A stretch of DNA of 64,000 nt from Ilumatobacteraceae bacterium (lineage in GTDB: Bacteria; Actinomycetota; Acidimicrobiia; Acidimicrobiales; Ilumatobacteraceae), in NCBI GenBank assembly GCA_963805445.1, contig CAWDUI010000012.1:391454-455453 (forward strand), given 5' to 3'. Each line of letters starts with the position of its first letter. Position 1 is the first letter of the stretch. Below are positions 9,070-18,880 of the stretch, piece after piece. The position numbers were made by a program, and so were the translations under genes. Under the pieces are notes generated by a model that had not been told where the DNA came from, did no database searches, and was given only the letters and a program-made list of their open reading frames with translations.

Positions 9070-11199
9070 ATGGGGGTCGAGCCGGTGGACGTCATACCTA
9101 CACAGCGCATCCGTAACGTGGTGCTGGTCGGCCACAGTGGATGCGGCAAGACCACGTTGGTCGAAGCCCTGCTGCACCGGGCGGGCGTCACCACCCGTGT
9201 CGGAAGGGTCGAGGACGGCAGCACGGTCACCGGCTCCGATCCGGAAGAGGTCAAGCGGGGCATGTCGCTGTCGCTGGGCATCGCACCATTCGAATGGAAG
9301 GCGTCCGACGGCGAGACGTACAAGATCAACCTCTTCGATGCGCCCGGCTACGCCGACTTCGTCGGTGAGGAGATGGCGGCGCTCAGTGTCGCCGATCTGG
9401 CCATCCTCCTGGTCAGCGCCGTCGACGGCATCGAGGTCGGCACCGAACTGGCATGGGAGCGCTGCGTCAACGCCAAGATCCCGCGAATGGTGTTCGTCAA
9501 CAAGGACGACAAGCAGCGCGCCAACTTCCACAGCGCGCTCGCCGCACTGCAGTCGAAGTGGGGCCACGGGTTCGTGCCACTCGAGCTGCCGTTGGGCGAG
9601 GAGGAAGCGCTGCACGGGGTCGCCGACGTGTTGTCGGACCAAGCGTTCGAGTACGACCCGGATGGCCAACATCACAGCGCGCCGCTGCCCAGCGACATCG
9701 CCGACGAAGAGCATCGGGTTCACGATGAACTGGTCGAGGAGATCGTCTCCGGCGACGACGACCAGCTCGAGCGATACCTGTCGGGCGACGTCCCGACGGC
9801 CGCCGAGTTGGAACGCACGCTGGCGCACGAGGTGCTCGACTGCCTGGAGTTCCCCGTGCTCGTCGGCTCGGCGCTCACCGGCGTCGGCATCGATCGCCTG
9901 GCCGACTTCATCTGCGAGATCGGGCCGGCCCCGACGGATCGGCCGATGACGGTCACGGCCGGCACGGAAGAGGTCCAGGTTCCTGCGGATCCGAGCGGGC
10001 AACCACTGGCCTACGTGTTCAAGACGATGGCCGACCAGTTCGTCGGCCAGGTCTCACTGTGCAAGGTGGTGTCGGGCACGATCTCCCCCGACGACCGGCT
10101 GATCGCCAGCACGTCGGCGACCGAAGAGCGTCTGCACGGCCTGTTCCACATGCGCGGGAAAGAGCAGTTGCCCTGCATTCGTGCCGTCGCCGGCGACATC
10201 GTTGCCGTCGCCAAGCTCGGCAACACCACCACCGGGACCACGCTCGCCCCGCGGAACATGCCGGTGAGGGTCGTCGGCAAGCAACCGGCCGCACCGGTGT
10301 TCGGACTCGCCCTGAAGCCGCTGACACAGACCGACGATGACAAGTTGTCGGGTGCACTGCAACGCCTGGTCGCCGAAGATCCCGGCCTCAGCGTCGATCG
10401 CAACCACGCTCATCAGACGGTGCTCAGCGGCGCCGGCGATACACACCTCGCCGTCGCTCTCGAACGGCTGGCGCGAAAGTTCGGCGTGCACGTCGAGACC
10501 GAAGACATCCGAGTCCCCTATCGCGAGACCGTGGTCGGCACCGGAGATGCGGAGGGCAAGGTCAAGAAGCAATCTGGCGGGCACGGCCAGTTCGCGGTTG
10601 CCAACCTGCGGGTCAGCCCACTGGAGCGCGGCGCGGGTTTCGAGTTCGTCGATTCGATCGTCGGTGGGGCGATCCCGCGCAACTACATCCCCGCCGTGCA
10701 GAAAGGCATCGAGGAAGCGATGACGACCGGCGGCGCCCACGGCTTTCCCGTGGTCGACGTGCGCGTCGAGTGCTACGACGGCAAGTACCACAGCGTCGAT
10801 TCGTCGGACATGGCGTTCAAGAACGCAGCCGCCAGTGGGTTCAAAGAGGCGCTCGGCCGCGCCGGTGCCGTCGTGCTGGAGCCGATCTCGATGCTGAAGG
10901 TGACCATCCCGTCGTCGAACCAGGGCGACGTGCTCGCTGATCTCACGACGCGTCGCGGTCGGGTGGTCGGCACGTCGGCCGGCGAGCACGGCGAGCAGAT
11001 CGTTTCGGCGCTCGTTCCCACCGCCGAGATCATCCGCTACGCGCTCGATCTCCGTTCGTTGACCGCGGGTCGCGGACGGTTCGAGGCAGCCCACGACCAC
11101 GACGAGATCCTGCCGAACAACCTCGTCGCCAAGGTCGTGAAGGCGGCGACGTCACCCAATGGTGGCGCGGCCGGAGCCAGCCGCGCCGCAGCCCGGTAG
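9070..11199 (+). CDS. elongation factor G-like GTPase (EF-G paralogue)
   Basis: A 709-aa protein with G1 VGHSGCGKTT, a DAPGYADF switch and NKDD. EF-G domain IV/V-like sequence includes KKQSGGHGQF. Confidence 0.8.
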   Translation: MGVEPVDVIPTQRIRNVVLVGHSGCGKTTLVEALLHRAGVTTRVGRVEDGSTVTGSDPEEVKRGMSLSLGIAPFEWKASDGETYKINLFDAPGYADFVGEEMAALSVADLAILLVSAVDGIEVGTELAWERCVNAKIPRMVFVNKDDKQRANFHSALAALQSKWGHGFVPLELPLGEEEALHGVADVLSDQAFEYDPDGQHHSAPLPSDIADEEHRVHDELVEEIVSGDDDQLERYLSGDVPTAAELERTLAHEVLDCLEFPVLVGSALTGVGIDRLADFICEIGPAPTDRPMTVTAGTEEVQVPADPSGQPLAYVFKTMADQFVGQVSLCKVVSGTISPDDRLIASTSATEERLHGLFHMRGKEQLPCIRAVAGDIVAVAKLGNTTTGTTLAPRNMPVRVVGKQPAAPVFGLALKPLTQTDDDKLSGALQRLVAEDPGLSVDRNHAHQTVLSGAGDTHLAVALERLARKFGVHVETEDIRVPYRETVVGTGDAEGKVKKQSGGHGQFAVANLRVSPLERGAGFEFVDSIVGGAIPRNYIPAVQKGIEEAMTTGGAHGFPVVDVRVECYDGKYHSVDSSDMAFKNAAASGFKEALGRAGAVVLEPISMLKVTIPSSNQGDVLADLTTRRGRVVGTSAGEHGEQIVSALVPTAEIIRYALDLRSLTAGRGRFEAAHDHDEILPNNLVAKVVKAATSPNGGAAGASRAAAR

Positions 11200-11271
11200 C
11201 TCTCCCTCCGTGGGTTTGGGGACTGACGCCCCGCATGGGGGCCGCCGCCGTCAAACGCCGGGTCCTGCCCG

Positions 11272-12774
11272 ATGACGAGCGTCGCCGATGTCGTCGACGA
11301 CGAGGGGCTGGTGCTGCATTCGACGCGAGGCCGCGTCGCCCTGGTGGCGACAGTCGCTGCCAGCGCCATGGCCAGCCTCGACGCGACGGTGGTGAACGTG
11401 GCGTTGCCGCACATCGGTGAGGAGTTCCACGCCGGCATCAGCGCGCTGCAGTGGGTGTTGACCGGCTACCTGGTGGCACTGGCCTCACTGATCCTGTTGG
11501 GCGGAGCGCTCGGGGACCGCTTCGGACGAAAGAAGATCTTCGTGATCGGCACGGTGTGGTTCGCCGCCGCTTCGCTGCTGTGCGGCGCCGCGCCGAACAT
11601 CGACGTGCTCGTGGTTGCCCGCATCCTTCAGGGCGTGGGTGGCGCGTTGTTGACACCCGGCAGTCTGGCGATCCTGCAGGCCAGCTTTCGCCGACTCGGA
11701 TCGTGCTGCCGCTGTCGGCGCATGGTCTGGATTGGGTGGTGTGGCCGGAGCGATCGGGCCCTTCGTGGGTGGCGGTCTCGTTGACGGACCCGGATGGCGA
11801 TGGGCGTTCCTGATCAACCTGCCGGTGGCCGCGCTCGCGATCGGGTGCGCCCAGAGTGCGATACCCGAGCACGCGCGATCCGCACCCCAATCGCAGGCTC
11901 GACCTCGTCGGCGCCGGGTTTGCGGTCATCGGGCTGGCGACCAGCACCTGGGCGTTGACCGAGGCGGGCCCTCGCGGATGGACCGACGCGACCGTCCTCG
12001 GTGCGTGTGTCGTTTCGATCACCGCGATCGCCGCGTTCGTACGGCGCATGCTGCGCGCCGACGATCCGCTGGTGCCGCCGGCGTTGTTCCGCAACCACAC
12101 CTTCACCATTGTGAACCTGCAGACCGTGCTGTTGTACTCCGCGCTCGGAGTGTCGTTCTTCTTGGTGTCGTACGAGTTGCAAGTGGCCACCGGGTGGTCA
12201 GCGCTGCAGGCGGGAGTGGCCCTGCTGCCCGCAACGGGATTGATGTTGTTGTTGTCGGCCAGTTCGGGCTCACTGGCCCAGCGAATCGGGCCGCGATTGC
12301 AGCTGACCGTCGGCCCGTTGATCGCCGCCGTCGGTCTGTTGTTACTGGCGCGCATCGGCGACAACGCGTCGTGGGTCACCGACGTTCTGCCCGGCGCGAT
12401 CGTCTTCGGCCTCGGGCTGGTCACCTTCGTGGCGCCGCTGACTGCCACGGTCATGGCCGCTGCCGATCCCAATCACGTCAGCGTGGCGTCGGGAGTCAAC
12501 AACGCCATCGCCCGTGCCGCGAACCTCGAGCGCGCTCGCGGTGATCCCCGTGGTCTCAGGACTCTCTGCAGCGTCGAACCCGACACAGATCACCCACGCA
12601 TTCCGGCTCGCTCTGATGATCACCGCGTCGGTCGCCGCGGCGTCGTCCCCGTTGGCGTTCATCGGCCTCGGATCCCAGACCCGCGCACCGCGCACTTCGC
12701 GTCGAATCCAGTGCAATCTCGACGGCGCACCACTGCAGCCCGCCTCGGAGCCGTTGACACCCGTCGATGGGTGA
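11272..12774 (+). pseudogene. MFS (DHA2/EmrB-QacA-type) transporter, three frame changes
   Basis: MFS segments lie in four frames. They are ...LGDRFGRKKIF...ILQASFR, then DSDRAAAVGAWSGLGGVAGAIGPFVGG...WRWAFLINLP, then RDPHPNRRLDLVGAGF...NNAIARAA, then ALAVIPVVSGL...LAFIGL. The shifts are near 11690, 11870 and 12525. Confidence 0.7.
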
Positions 12775-12844
12775 CCAGTTCAGCTTCGGTCGTGCCGGCG
12801 CTACCTGGGAACCAGCGTGGCTCCGTGGCGGCCCTGGGCCATCG

Positions 12845-14044
12845 TCACCACAACGCTGCCGTGGCCAACTTGGCGCCCTCGGTGAGTGAGTTCAACTTGG
12901 CCCAGGCCAGCGATGGATGGAGCCGAAGGCCAAGGCCGCAATCGGTGGAGGCAATGACGTTCTCCCGGCCCACCAGTTCGGCGAAGCGCACGATGCGGCC
13001 CGCCACGAGCTGAGGGTGCTCGATCAACGGAGTCGAGTGAGTCACCACACCGGGCGCGAGGATCTTGCCGTCGGGCAACTTGACGTCTTGCCACAACGCC
13101 ACCTCGTGCTCGTGGCGCACGTTGGCAGCTTCGATCGAGTACGTCTGCGCTTTCACCGAGAGCATGATGTCGACGATGTCGGGCAACGGCAGGTCCGCAG
13201 AGTGTGGCCCGTGCCAGCTCCCCCAGCACAGGTGGTACCGGATCTGCTCCTCGGGGATGTTGCGCAGCGCATGGTTCAGTGCCTCGCACCGCATCTGGCA
13301 GTACTTGCGGTACGCGTCGAGCCCCATCGGGATGCCGATGCGGTCCCACAACGCTCCGAGCCACGCGTCGTCGACCTGAACCTGGAAACCAGCAGCGGCG
13401 ATCGCCTCGTACTCCACTCGCATCGCTTCGGCGATCGCATGGATGTGCTCTTCGTCGGTCTTGTAGATGCCCTTGACGCGACCCGGCTCCACGCTGAGCG
13501 GCGCCGTCGTCGTGAGGAACGCATCCGACGCCGGGGTCTCGCCGAGCGCCTCCTTCATCACGTTGATCTCGCGCTCGAGCGCCGCCTGACCGCGGTAGTA
13601 GATGGGCTCCGCGGCCACCCAGTCCTCTACCGATTGAGTCGTTTCCTCTGCCCCCTCTGGCACATGTTGTGTGGCGCCCGACTGCTCGAACAGCGTGCCG
13701 TTCTGCAGCACTGCGAGGTAGAAGTCGCGGAAGTCCACCCAGTCGGTGCTCGACAGCAACAGCTCACCCAATGCACCAGGATGTCCGGCCGGTTCATAAC
13801 CGCCGAGACGCGAGGCGAGGTACTCGGTCCAGTGACCGCCCTTGGTCAGCTCTCCCTCGTTGATGAAGTCGACACCGGCGCTGCGCTGCAACGCGCACAC
13901 CTCGCTGACTGCTTCTCTCAGTCGTTCGTCGGAGACGTCGTGCCTCGCCCACACGTCGAGCGGCGCAGGCAATGCGCCGACGTGCGTGGTCAGAATGTGG
14001 TCTGTGCTTCGCCTCACGGCATGACCCCCTCTGTCATCGAGCAC
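12845..14044 (-). CDS. cobalamin-independent methionine synthase (MetE C-terminal/UROD-like) family protein
   Basis: An intact 399-aa ORF with MetE-like C-domain features (...FINEGELTKGG...HLCWGSWHGPH...STDCGLG). Confidence 0.6.
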   Translation of the reverse strand: MLDDRGGHAVRRSTDHILTTHVGALPAPLDVWARHDVSDERLREAVSEVCALQRSAGVDFINEGELTKGGHWTEYLASRLGGYEPAGHPGALGELLLSSTDWVDFRDFYLAVLQNGTLFEQSGATQHVPEGAEETTQSVEDWVAAEPIYYRGQAALEREINVMKEALGETPASDAFLTTTAPLSVEPGRVKGIYKTDEEHIHAIAEAMRVEYEAIAAAGFQVQVDDAWLGALWDRIGIPMGLDAYRKYCQMRCEALNHALRNIPEEQIRYHLCWGSWHGPHSADLPLPDIVDIMLSVKAQTYSIEAANVRHEHEVALWQDVKLPDGKILAPGVVTHSTPLIEHPQLVAGRIVRFAELVGRENVIASTDCGLGLRLHPSLAWAKLNSLTEGAKLATAALW

Positions 14045-14118
14045 GGCCCTGTCATCGAGCCAGAGCCCCGACGATAACAGTCACCCATCAGCCAGAATTC
14101 TGTCGAGCCAGCCAGCGC

Positions 14119-14991
14119 TCAGAGGTCGAGGTCGGCCGCAATCGTGTCGATCGTCCGGCGAATCTCGTCGAACGGAACCGGCGTGTGCGGCACGTCGGTC
14201 GGCGCGTCGGGTCGTGGCAGAACCACGACCCGGTCGACCCCGAGCTCTGCGTACTGGTCTGCGACCGATCGATTGAACGGACCGGCCGGGATGATCGTCA
14301 GTTCGAGCGGTCCCAGCTCTTTGGGGCGGCCGATCTCTGCGGTTTCTTTGGCGATCACGGCGAGGATGTCGCGGGTCCAGTCGATGGTCGTGTTGTACGC
14401 GAACCAACCCTGCCCCGTGCGGATCGCCCGGCGGCGGGCAAGGCCGCTCAGTCCACCGATGATCACGGGCGGGCCAGACGGGTTCGTCGGCCGTGGGTGC
14501 GCATCGACGCCGGCGAAGTCGACGTGATGCCCGTGGAACTCGGGCTCCTCCATCGTCCACATCGCCCTCATTGCACCGATGAACTCGTCCATGCGCTCTG
14601 CACGGTCCCCCATCTCGACACCCATCGCCTTGAACTCGGGTTCGAGGTAGCCGACCCCAACGCCGACGATGAGACGGCCGTTGGAGATCTGGTCGATGCT
14701 GGCGAACTGTTTGGCGAGAAGCAGAGGGTGGTGCAACGGAAGTTCGAGGATGCCACTTCCGATCTTCACCGTGGACGTGTTCGCGGCAAGCAGCGTCATC
14801 GTCACGATCGCATCGAGGAAGGGCAGCGTGGAGGGCATCGTGAACCATTCGGGCGGGTGGGTTGGGAGCACCACGTGCTCTCCGGTCCACACCGATTCGA
14901 ATCCGGCGGCCTCGGCATGCTGTGCAACCGCCACCGAGATATCGGGGTCCGCGCACGTGCCGAAGTTCATCGAATACATGCCGATCTTCAT
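14119..14991 (-). CDS. LLM-class (luciferase-like) F420-dependent oxidoreductase
   Basis: The start is MKIGMYSMNFGTCADPD...AEAAGFESVWTGEHVVLP. The start was trimmed to ATG 14991. Confidence 0.75.
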   Translation of the reverse strand: MKIGMYSMNFGTCADPDISVAVAQHAEAAGFESVWTGEHVVLPTHPPEWFTMPSTLPFLDAIVTMTLLAANTSTVKIGSGILELPLHHPLLLAKQFASIDQISNGRLIVGVGVGYLEPEFKAMGVEMGDRAERMDEFIGAMRAMWTMEEPEFHGHHVDFAGVDAHPRPTNPSGPPVIIGGLSGLARRRAIRTGQGWFAYNTTIDWTRDILAVIAKETAEIGRPKELGPLELTIIPAGPFNRSVADQYAELGVDRVVVLPRPDAPTDVPHTPVPFDEIRRTIDTIAADLDL

Positions 14992-15081
14992 CTCGGCACC
15001 GTAGTTCGACGACACGCACCGGTGATCTAACCTCCCTGGCGCACGCGCCGAATCCGGCCGGCCGCACACGGAGGACACCAC

Positions 15082-15480
15082 ATGGCAACAGTTCCCGACT
15101 CCCACCGAGACCTGCTCGACGCACCGGTAGCGACGCTCGCCACCGTCGGTGCCGATGGTCGCCCGCAGCTGTCAGCTGTGTGGTTTCTCGCAGACGACGA
15201 CACGGTCCGCGTGTCGCTGAACACGTCGCGTCAGAAGACGAAGAACCTCGGCAAGCGTTCCGCGGTGACGTTGTTCATCCTCGACACCGCCAACCCGGCC
15301 CGTTATCTCGAACTGCGCGGCGATGCCACGATCGTGCCCGATCCCGACTACGCGTTCGCTGATCAGGTCGGCGCCAAGTACGGCGGCGTCGATCTGCGCA
15401 ACATGGATCAACCCGGCGAAAGCCGCGTCGTCGTGACGATCAATCCGGTTCGGATCAACGCAGTCGACCTCAGCCGCTAG
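15082..15480 (+). CDS. PPOX-class F420-dependent (pyridoxamine-5'-phosphate-oxidase-like) enzyme
   Basis: The sequence includes DLLDAPVATLATVGADGRPQLSAVWF...RQKTKNL...ARYLELRGDA. Confidence 0.75.
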   Translation: MATVPDSHRDLLDAPVATLATVGADGRPQLSAVWFLADDDTVRVSLNTSRQKTKNLGKRSAVTLFILDTANPARYLELRGDATIVPDPDYAFADQVGAKYGGVDLRNMDQPGESRVVVTINPVRINAVDLSR

Positions 15481-15617
15481 TCCGTTCCCGGAGTGTTTCG
15501 GGGTACCCACGCGGGCGTGAAGAACTCCACAGGACCTTTCGCGCCCGGTAGCCGGCGTGGACTTCCTTGCGATCGCCAGGCCCGGCCCGCACACGAGTTG
15601 TCCGCTCAGAATCGTCC

Positions 15618-16526
15618 TCAGCCGCTGACGGGCATGGGATAGTCGTCGGCGTTCAACACCCAGCCGGGGCGTTCTGAGAAGTCGCGTCGGGGCGGGGCGA
15701 ACACGTCGATCAACCAATGGCGCATCGCGCCGACTGCCTGACTGGTGTGCACGAGAGGCGGAGGTATCACGACGACCGACGGAGCCTCGCACGCGCCGTG
15801 CTCATCGTCGCGCCACGTGGTCGAGTCGGGCGTCCACGGGACGCGCATGTGGTGGACGTAGTCGCCGACGACCTGCAGCGACACCTGTTCGAAATCGTCG
15901 TGGTGATGCGGTGAGAGTTTCGACGGATCACGTGGATCGTCGGACTCCGGCAGCACGTTGATCATCACCGTCGAGCACCGGAAGATGCGCCCGAGTCGTC
16001 CCTCGGCGATCGGGTGCTCGGCGATCGGGTAGACACGAATGCGGTGGCCGTCAACTGGGTCGGGCCATGGAGCGAACCCGGCAACGTTCGAGTCGTCGTC
16101 GTCGTACTCGCTCTTGTTCGCGCAACGACCTGCCAGGTCAGCGGCCGTGGCGGCGGCGATCACCCGGATCACGGTGCCGGCCGACGTGATCCGCAAGGTC
16201 GACGACCCGGGTGGCACGATGATCACTGCCGGCTCGTCGACCGAGACGACCTCGGCGTCGTGCGTCACCTGCAACGTGGCGCCGTCGAGCACCAGCACGG
16301 CGTGCTCCCCCGCCACATCGCTGACGAGGTCATCACCCGGTCGCGCCTCCGTCCAGCCGATGACCATCGCCTGGCTGCGCGTCCACCACGTGTTGCTTCC
16401 GTTGTCGTGCTTTTCGTCGGGGCCGACGTCGTGCAGTTCGCGGTACTGCGCCGGGCGCGGGATGCCGCTCGGCGAACTTCCTGCGGTGGACAACTGCGAT
16501 CGCGGATCGTTCTTGTCGTAAGGCAT
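15618..16526 (-). CDS. cupin-domain protein (bicupin-like)
   Basis: ATG 16526 (MPYDKNDPRSQL...) begins a 302-aa protein with His-rich cupin-like segments (SPHHHDDFEQVS). The longer 505-aa ORF prefix overlaps the aldolase gene and is not protein-like. Confidence 0.6.
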   Translation of the reverse strand: MPYDKNDPRSQLSTAGSSPSGIPRPAQYRELHDVGPDEKHDNGSNTWWTRSQAMVIGWTEARPGDDLVSDVAGEHAVLVLDGATLQVTHDAEVVSVDEPAVIIVPPGSSTLRITSAGTVIRVIAAATAADLAGRCANKSEYDDDDSNVAGFAPWPDPVDGHRIRVYPIAEHPIAEGRLGRIFRCSTVMINVLPESDDPRDPSKLSPHHHDDFEQVSLQVVGDYVHHMRVPWTPDSTTWRDDEHGACEAPSVVVIPPPLVHTSQAVGAMRHWLIDVFAPPRRDFSERPGWVLNADDYPMPVSG

Positions 16527-16565
16527 AGCTCGTATCGTGCCACCTCTGGCAAGTAGAAGGTAGAG

Positions 16566-17330
16566 ATGGACGAACGTGGAACTTTTGCGCGTCGGCTGGC
16601 GAGCGACGGACCCACCGTCTTCGGCACCTGGGTCAAGCTCGCCACGATCGAGACCGTCGAACTGCTCGGGCACGCCGGCTTCGACTTCGTCGTGGTCGAC
16701 ATGGAGCACGCACCGCTGACGTTGGAGAGCGCCTACCGGGCGATCGTGATGGCGCAGGCAATGGGAATGGGTGCGCTGGTGCGCGTTCCGGATCGCTCCG
16801 ACAGCCATCTCCAACGCCTGCTCGACTCCGGCGCCGACGGGATCCTCGTCCCGCGGGTGACCGACGCTGCCACGTGTCGTGCCTCGGTCGAGGCAATGCG
16901 ATTCAGCCCCACTGGCATGCGCGGACTCGGCAGCACATCTCGCGCGGGACGGTGGGGACTCGACACCCAGGCGAGCTACCTCGACAACGGCAAGGACGGC
17001 ATCGTTCGAGGTGTGCAAGTGGAGGATCAGGGCGGGCTCCGAGCGATCGATGAGATCCTGGCCGTCGACGGGCTGAGTGCGCTGTTCATCGGTACGGGCG
17101 ACCTCTCCCTGTCGAGCGGCCTCCCGGCGTCGCACCCCGACAACGACGCACTGATCGCCAGCACGCTGGCGAGTTGTCGAGCCCGAGACATCCCGTGCGG
17201 GACCGCGGTCGGTGACGCAGATGCCGCACGCGCCGCCGCCGACCGAGGCTTCCGATTCGTCATGGTTTCCAACGACGCCACGATGTTCGGGAAAGCGGCC
17301 CGCGACATTCGACGGGCGATCGGGAGCTGA
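16566..17330 (+). CDS. HpcH/HpaI-family aldolase
   Basis: The sequence includes GTWVKLATIETVELLGHAGFDFVVVDMEHAP...VRVP...LLDSGADGILVPRV. Confidence 0.8.
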   Translation: MDERGTFARRLASDGPTVFGTWVKLATIETVELLGHAGFDFVVVDMEHAPLTLESAYRAIVMAQAMGMGALVRVPDRSDSHLQRLLDSGADGILVPRVTDAATCRASVEAMRFSPTGMRGLGSTSRAGRWGLDTQASYLDNGKDGIVRGVQVEDQGGLRAIDEILAVDGLSALFIGTGDLSLSSGLPASHPDNDALIASTLASCRARDIPCGTAVGDADAARAAADRGFRFVMVSNDATMFGKAARDIRRAIGS

Positions 17331-17337
17331 ACCGATC

Positions 17338-18783
17338 GTGAAGCGTGACCCAGCGACCTTCGTCGAGGAGCCGGCACGATCGACTCCCGTCTACGGCAGT
17401 TGCGATGTGCTGGTGATCGGCGGCGGGCCCGCGGGGACAGCAGCGGCCGTCGCGGCGGGCCGTCTCGGCGCCGACACGGTGCTCGTCGAACGGTACAACC
17501 ACCTCGGCGGGCTCTCGACCGGTGGGCTGGTGTCGTGGATCGACCGGATGACCGACTGGGATGGGCACCTCATCGTGGCCGGGGTCGGCGCCGAGCTCAT
17601 CGACCGTTGCGGTCCCGATGCGACCCTTGGCCCGAGTCCGGAGATCTGGGGCTCGAAGAACCCCGTCGAGGCCGCCTACTGGCGAGTCCGCACCGCAGCG
17701 CTACGAGAAACGGTGCACTGGTCGCCAACCGTGGATCCCGAAGTGCTGAAGCTGGTCTCCAACGACATCGTCCGGGAGTCGAACGTGCACACGCTCCTGC
17801 ATTGTTGGGTGGTGTCGGCCGTCGTCCGCCACGGCAGCGGCGGGCCAACCGTCGAGGGCGTGATCTTCGAGAGCAAGCAGGGCCGGTTCGCGCTGATGGC
17901 GCCCGTCGTCATCGACTGCACCGGCGACGGCGACGTGTTCGCCCTGGCCGGGGCAGCATTCGACGACGACTTCGATGGCGACAGCGCCCACGCCCGCCTC
18001 ACCACGAGCTTCCGGTTCGGCAACGTCGACATGCGTCGCTACCTCGATTTCCGGATGCTGCATCAAGAGGAGTTCACCGCGGTCATGCAGCGCGCCTCGG
18101 CCGAGGGCATCGGACTCCTGGCGCACCCGACGCCATACGACTCGGTGGCCCTCTTCCTCACGCCGAAGATGGCCGGCTACTCGGCGCTCGACGTGGCCGA
18201 TCTCACCGAGGTGGAGTTCGTCTCCCGCGACGTCGCTCGCAAGGGACTGGCGTTCTTCCGTGAGAACGTGCCCGGCTTTGCGCGCGCCTGGCTCCTCGAC
18301 ACGGCGTCGCAAGTGGGCACCCGCCACGCCCGGCGCCTGGTGGGTGCCGAGCGAATCACGATCGAGCATTGGCGCGAAGACGGCGGCTACGCGGACAGCA
18401 TCGGCCTGTGCCCCGGCATGACCCCGAGCTATCCAACGCTCCAGATTCCGTATCGCAGCCTGTTGCCCGTGGCCATCAACGGCCTCCTGGCCGCTGGGCG
18501 CAACCTCTCGGCCGACACCAAGTCACACGCCGCACTGCGCGAGATCCCGGAATGCTGGGCGATGGGAGAAGCAGCAGGCGTCGCCGCAACGCTGTCCATC
18601 GATGGTGGCGTCGCCCTGCGCGACATCGACGTACACGCATTGCAGGCCCAGATCGTGAAGCAAGGAGGCGTGATCGACCGACCGAATCGGATGGACCGAG
18701 GAGGCGAGAAGGTCGATCCGGAGTCCGGGCTCGAGAATTCGATCCACTGGCAAGCTGTGAACGAAAGTCAAGCGTTCGGCTAG
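17338..18783 (+). CDS. FAD-dependent oxidoreductase
   Basis: GTG 17338 is 8 nt after the aldolase stop. The dinucleotide fold CDVLVIGGGPAGTAAAVAAGRLGADTVLVER is present. Confidence 0.75.
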   Translation: MKRDPATFVEEPARSTPVYGSCDVLVIGGGPAGTAAAVAAGRLGADTVLVERYNHLGGLSTGGLVSWIDRMTDWDGHLIVAGVGAELIDRCGPDATLGPSPEIWGSKNPVEAAYWRVRTAALRETVHWSPTVDPEVLKLVSNDIVRESNVHTLLHCWVVSAVVRHGSGGPTVEGVIFESKQGRFALMAPVVIDCTGDGDVFALAGAAFDDDFDGDSAHARLTTSFRFGNVDMRRYLDFRMLHQEEFTAVMQRASAEGIGLLAHPTPYDSVALFLTPKMAGYSALDVADLTEVEFVSRDVARKGLAFFRENVPGFARAWLLDTASQVGTRHARRLVGAERITIEHWREDGGYADSIGLCPGMTPSYPTLQIPYRSLLPVAINGLLAAGRNLSADTKSHAALREIPECWAMGEAAGVAATLSIDGGVALRDIDVHALQAQIVKQGGVIDRPNRMDRGGEKVDPESGLENSIHWQAVNESQAFG

Positions 18784-18880
18784 AGCGAACGTTTCCAGTG
18801 ACAAGTGTTGCGCAGAGCGGAGTACTGTTTCGCGCACTGGCCGGTCCCGGGGGGGTAGGCCACCTGCGATAGGGGGAAGC

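Noticed and set aside
9052-11100. Long antisense ORFs (9052..10002 and 10054..11100). Similar ones are 7521..8234, 21502..22302, 31250..32689, 41469..42545, 54720..56447, 12917..14077 and 17701..18369.
   Set aside because: These are shadow ORFs typical of high-GC DNA. They are Arg/Gly/Asp/His-rich low-complexity translations lying opposite genes with clear family motifs.
16527-17135. The 5' extension of the cupin ORF (505-aa version).
   Set aside because: The extension overlaps the well-supported HpcH aldolase gene on the other strand and is not protein-like. ATG 16526 gives a clean 302-aa product.
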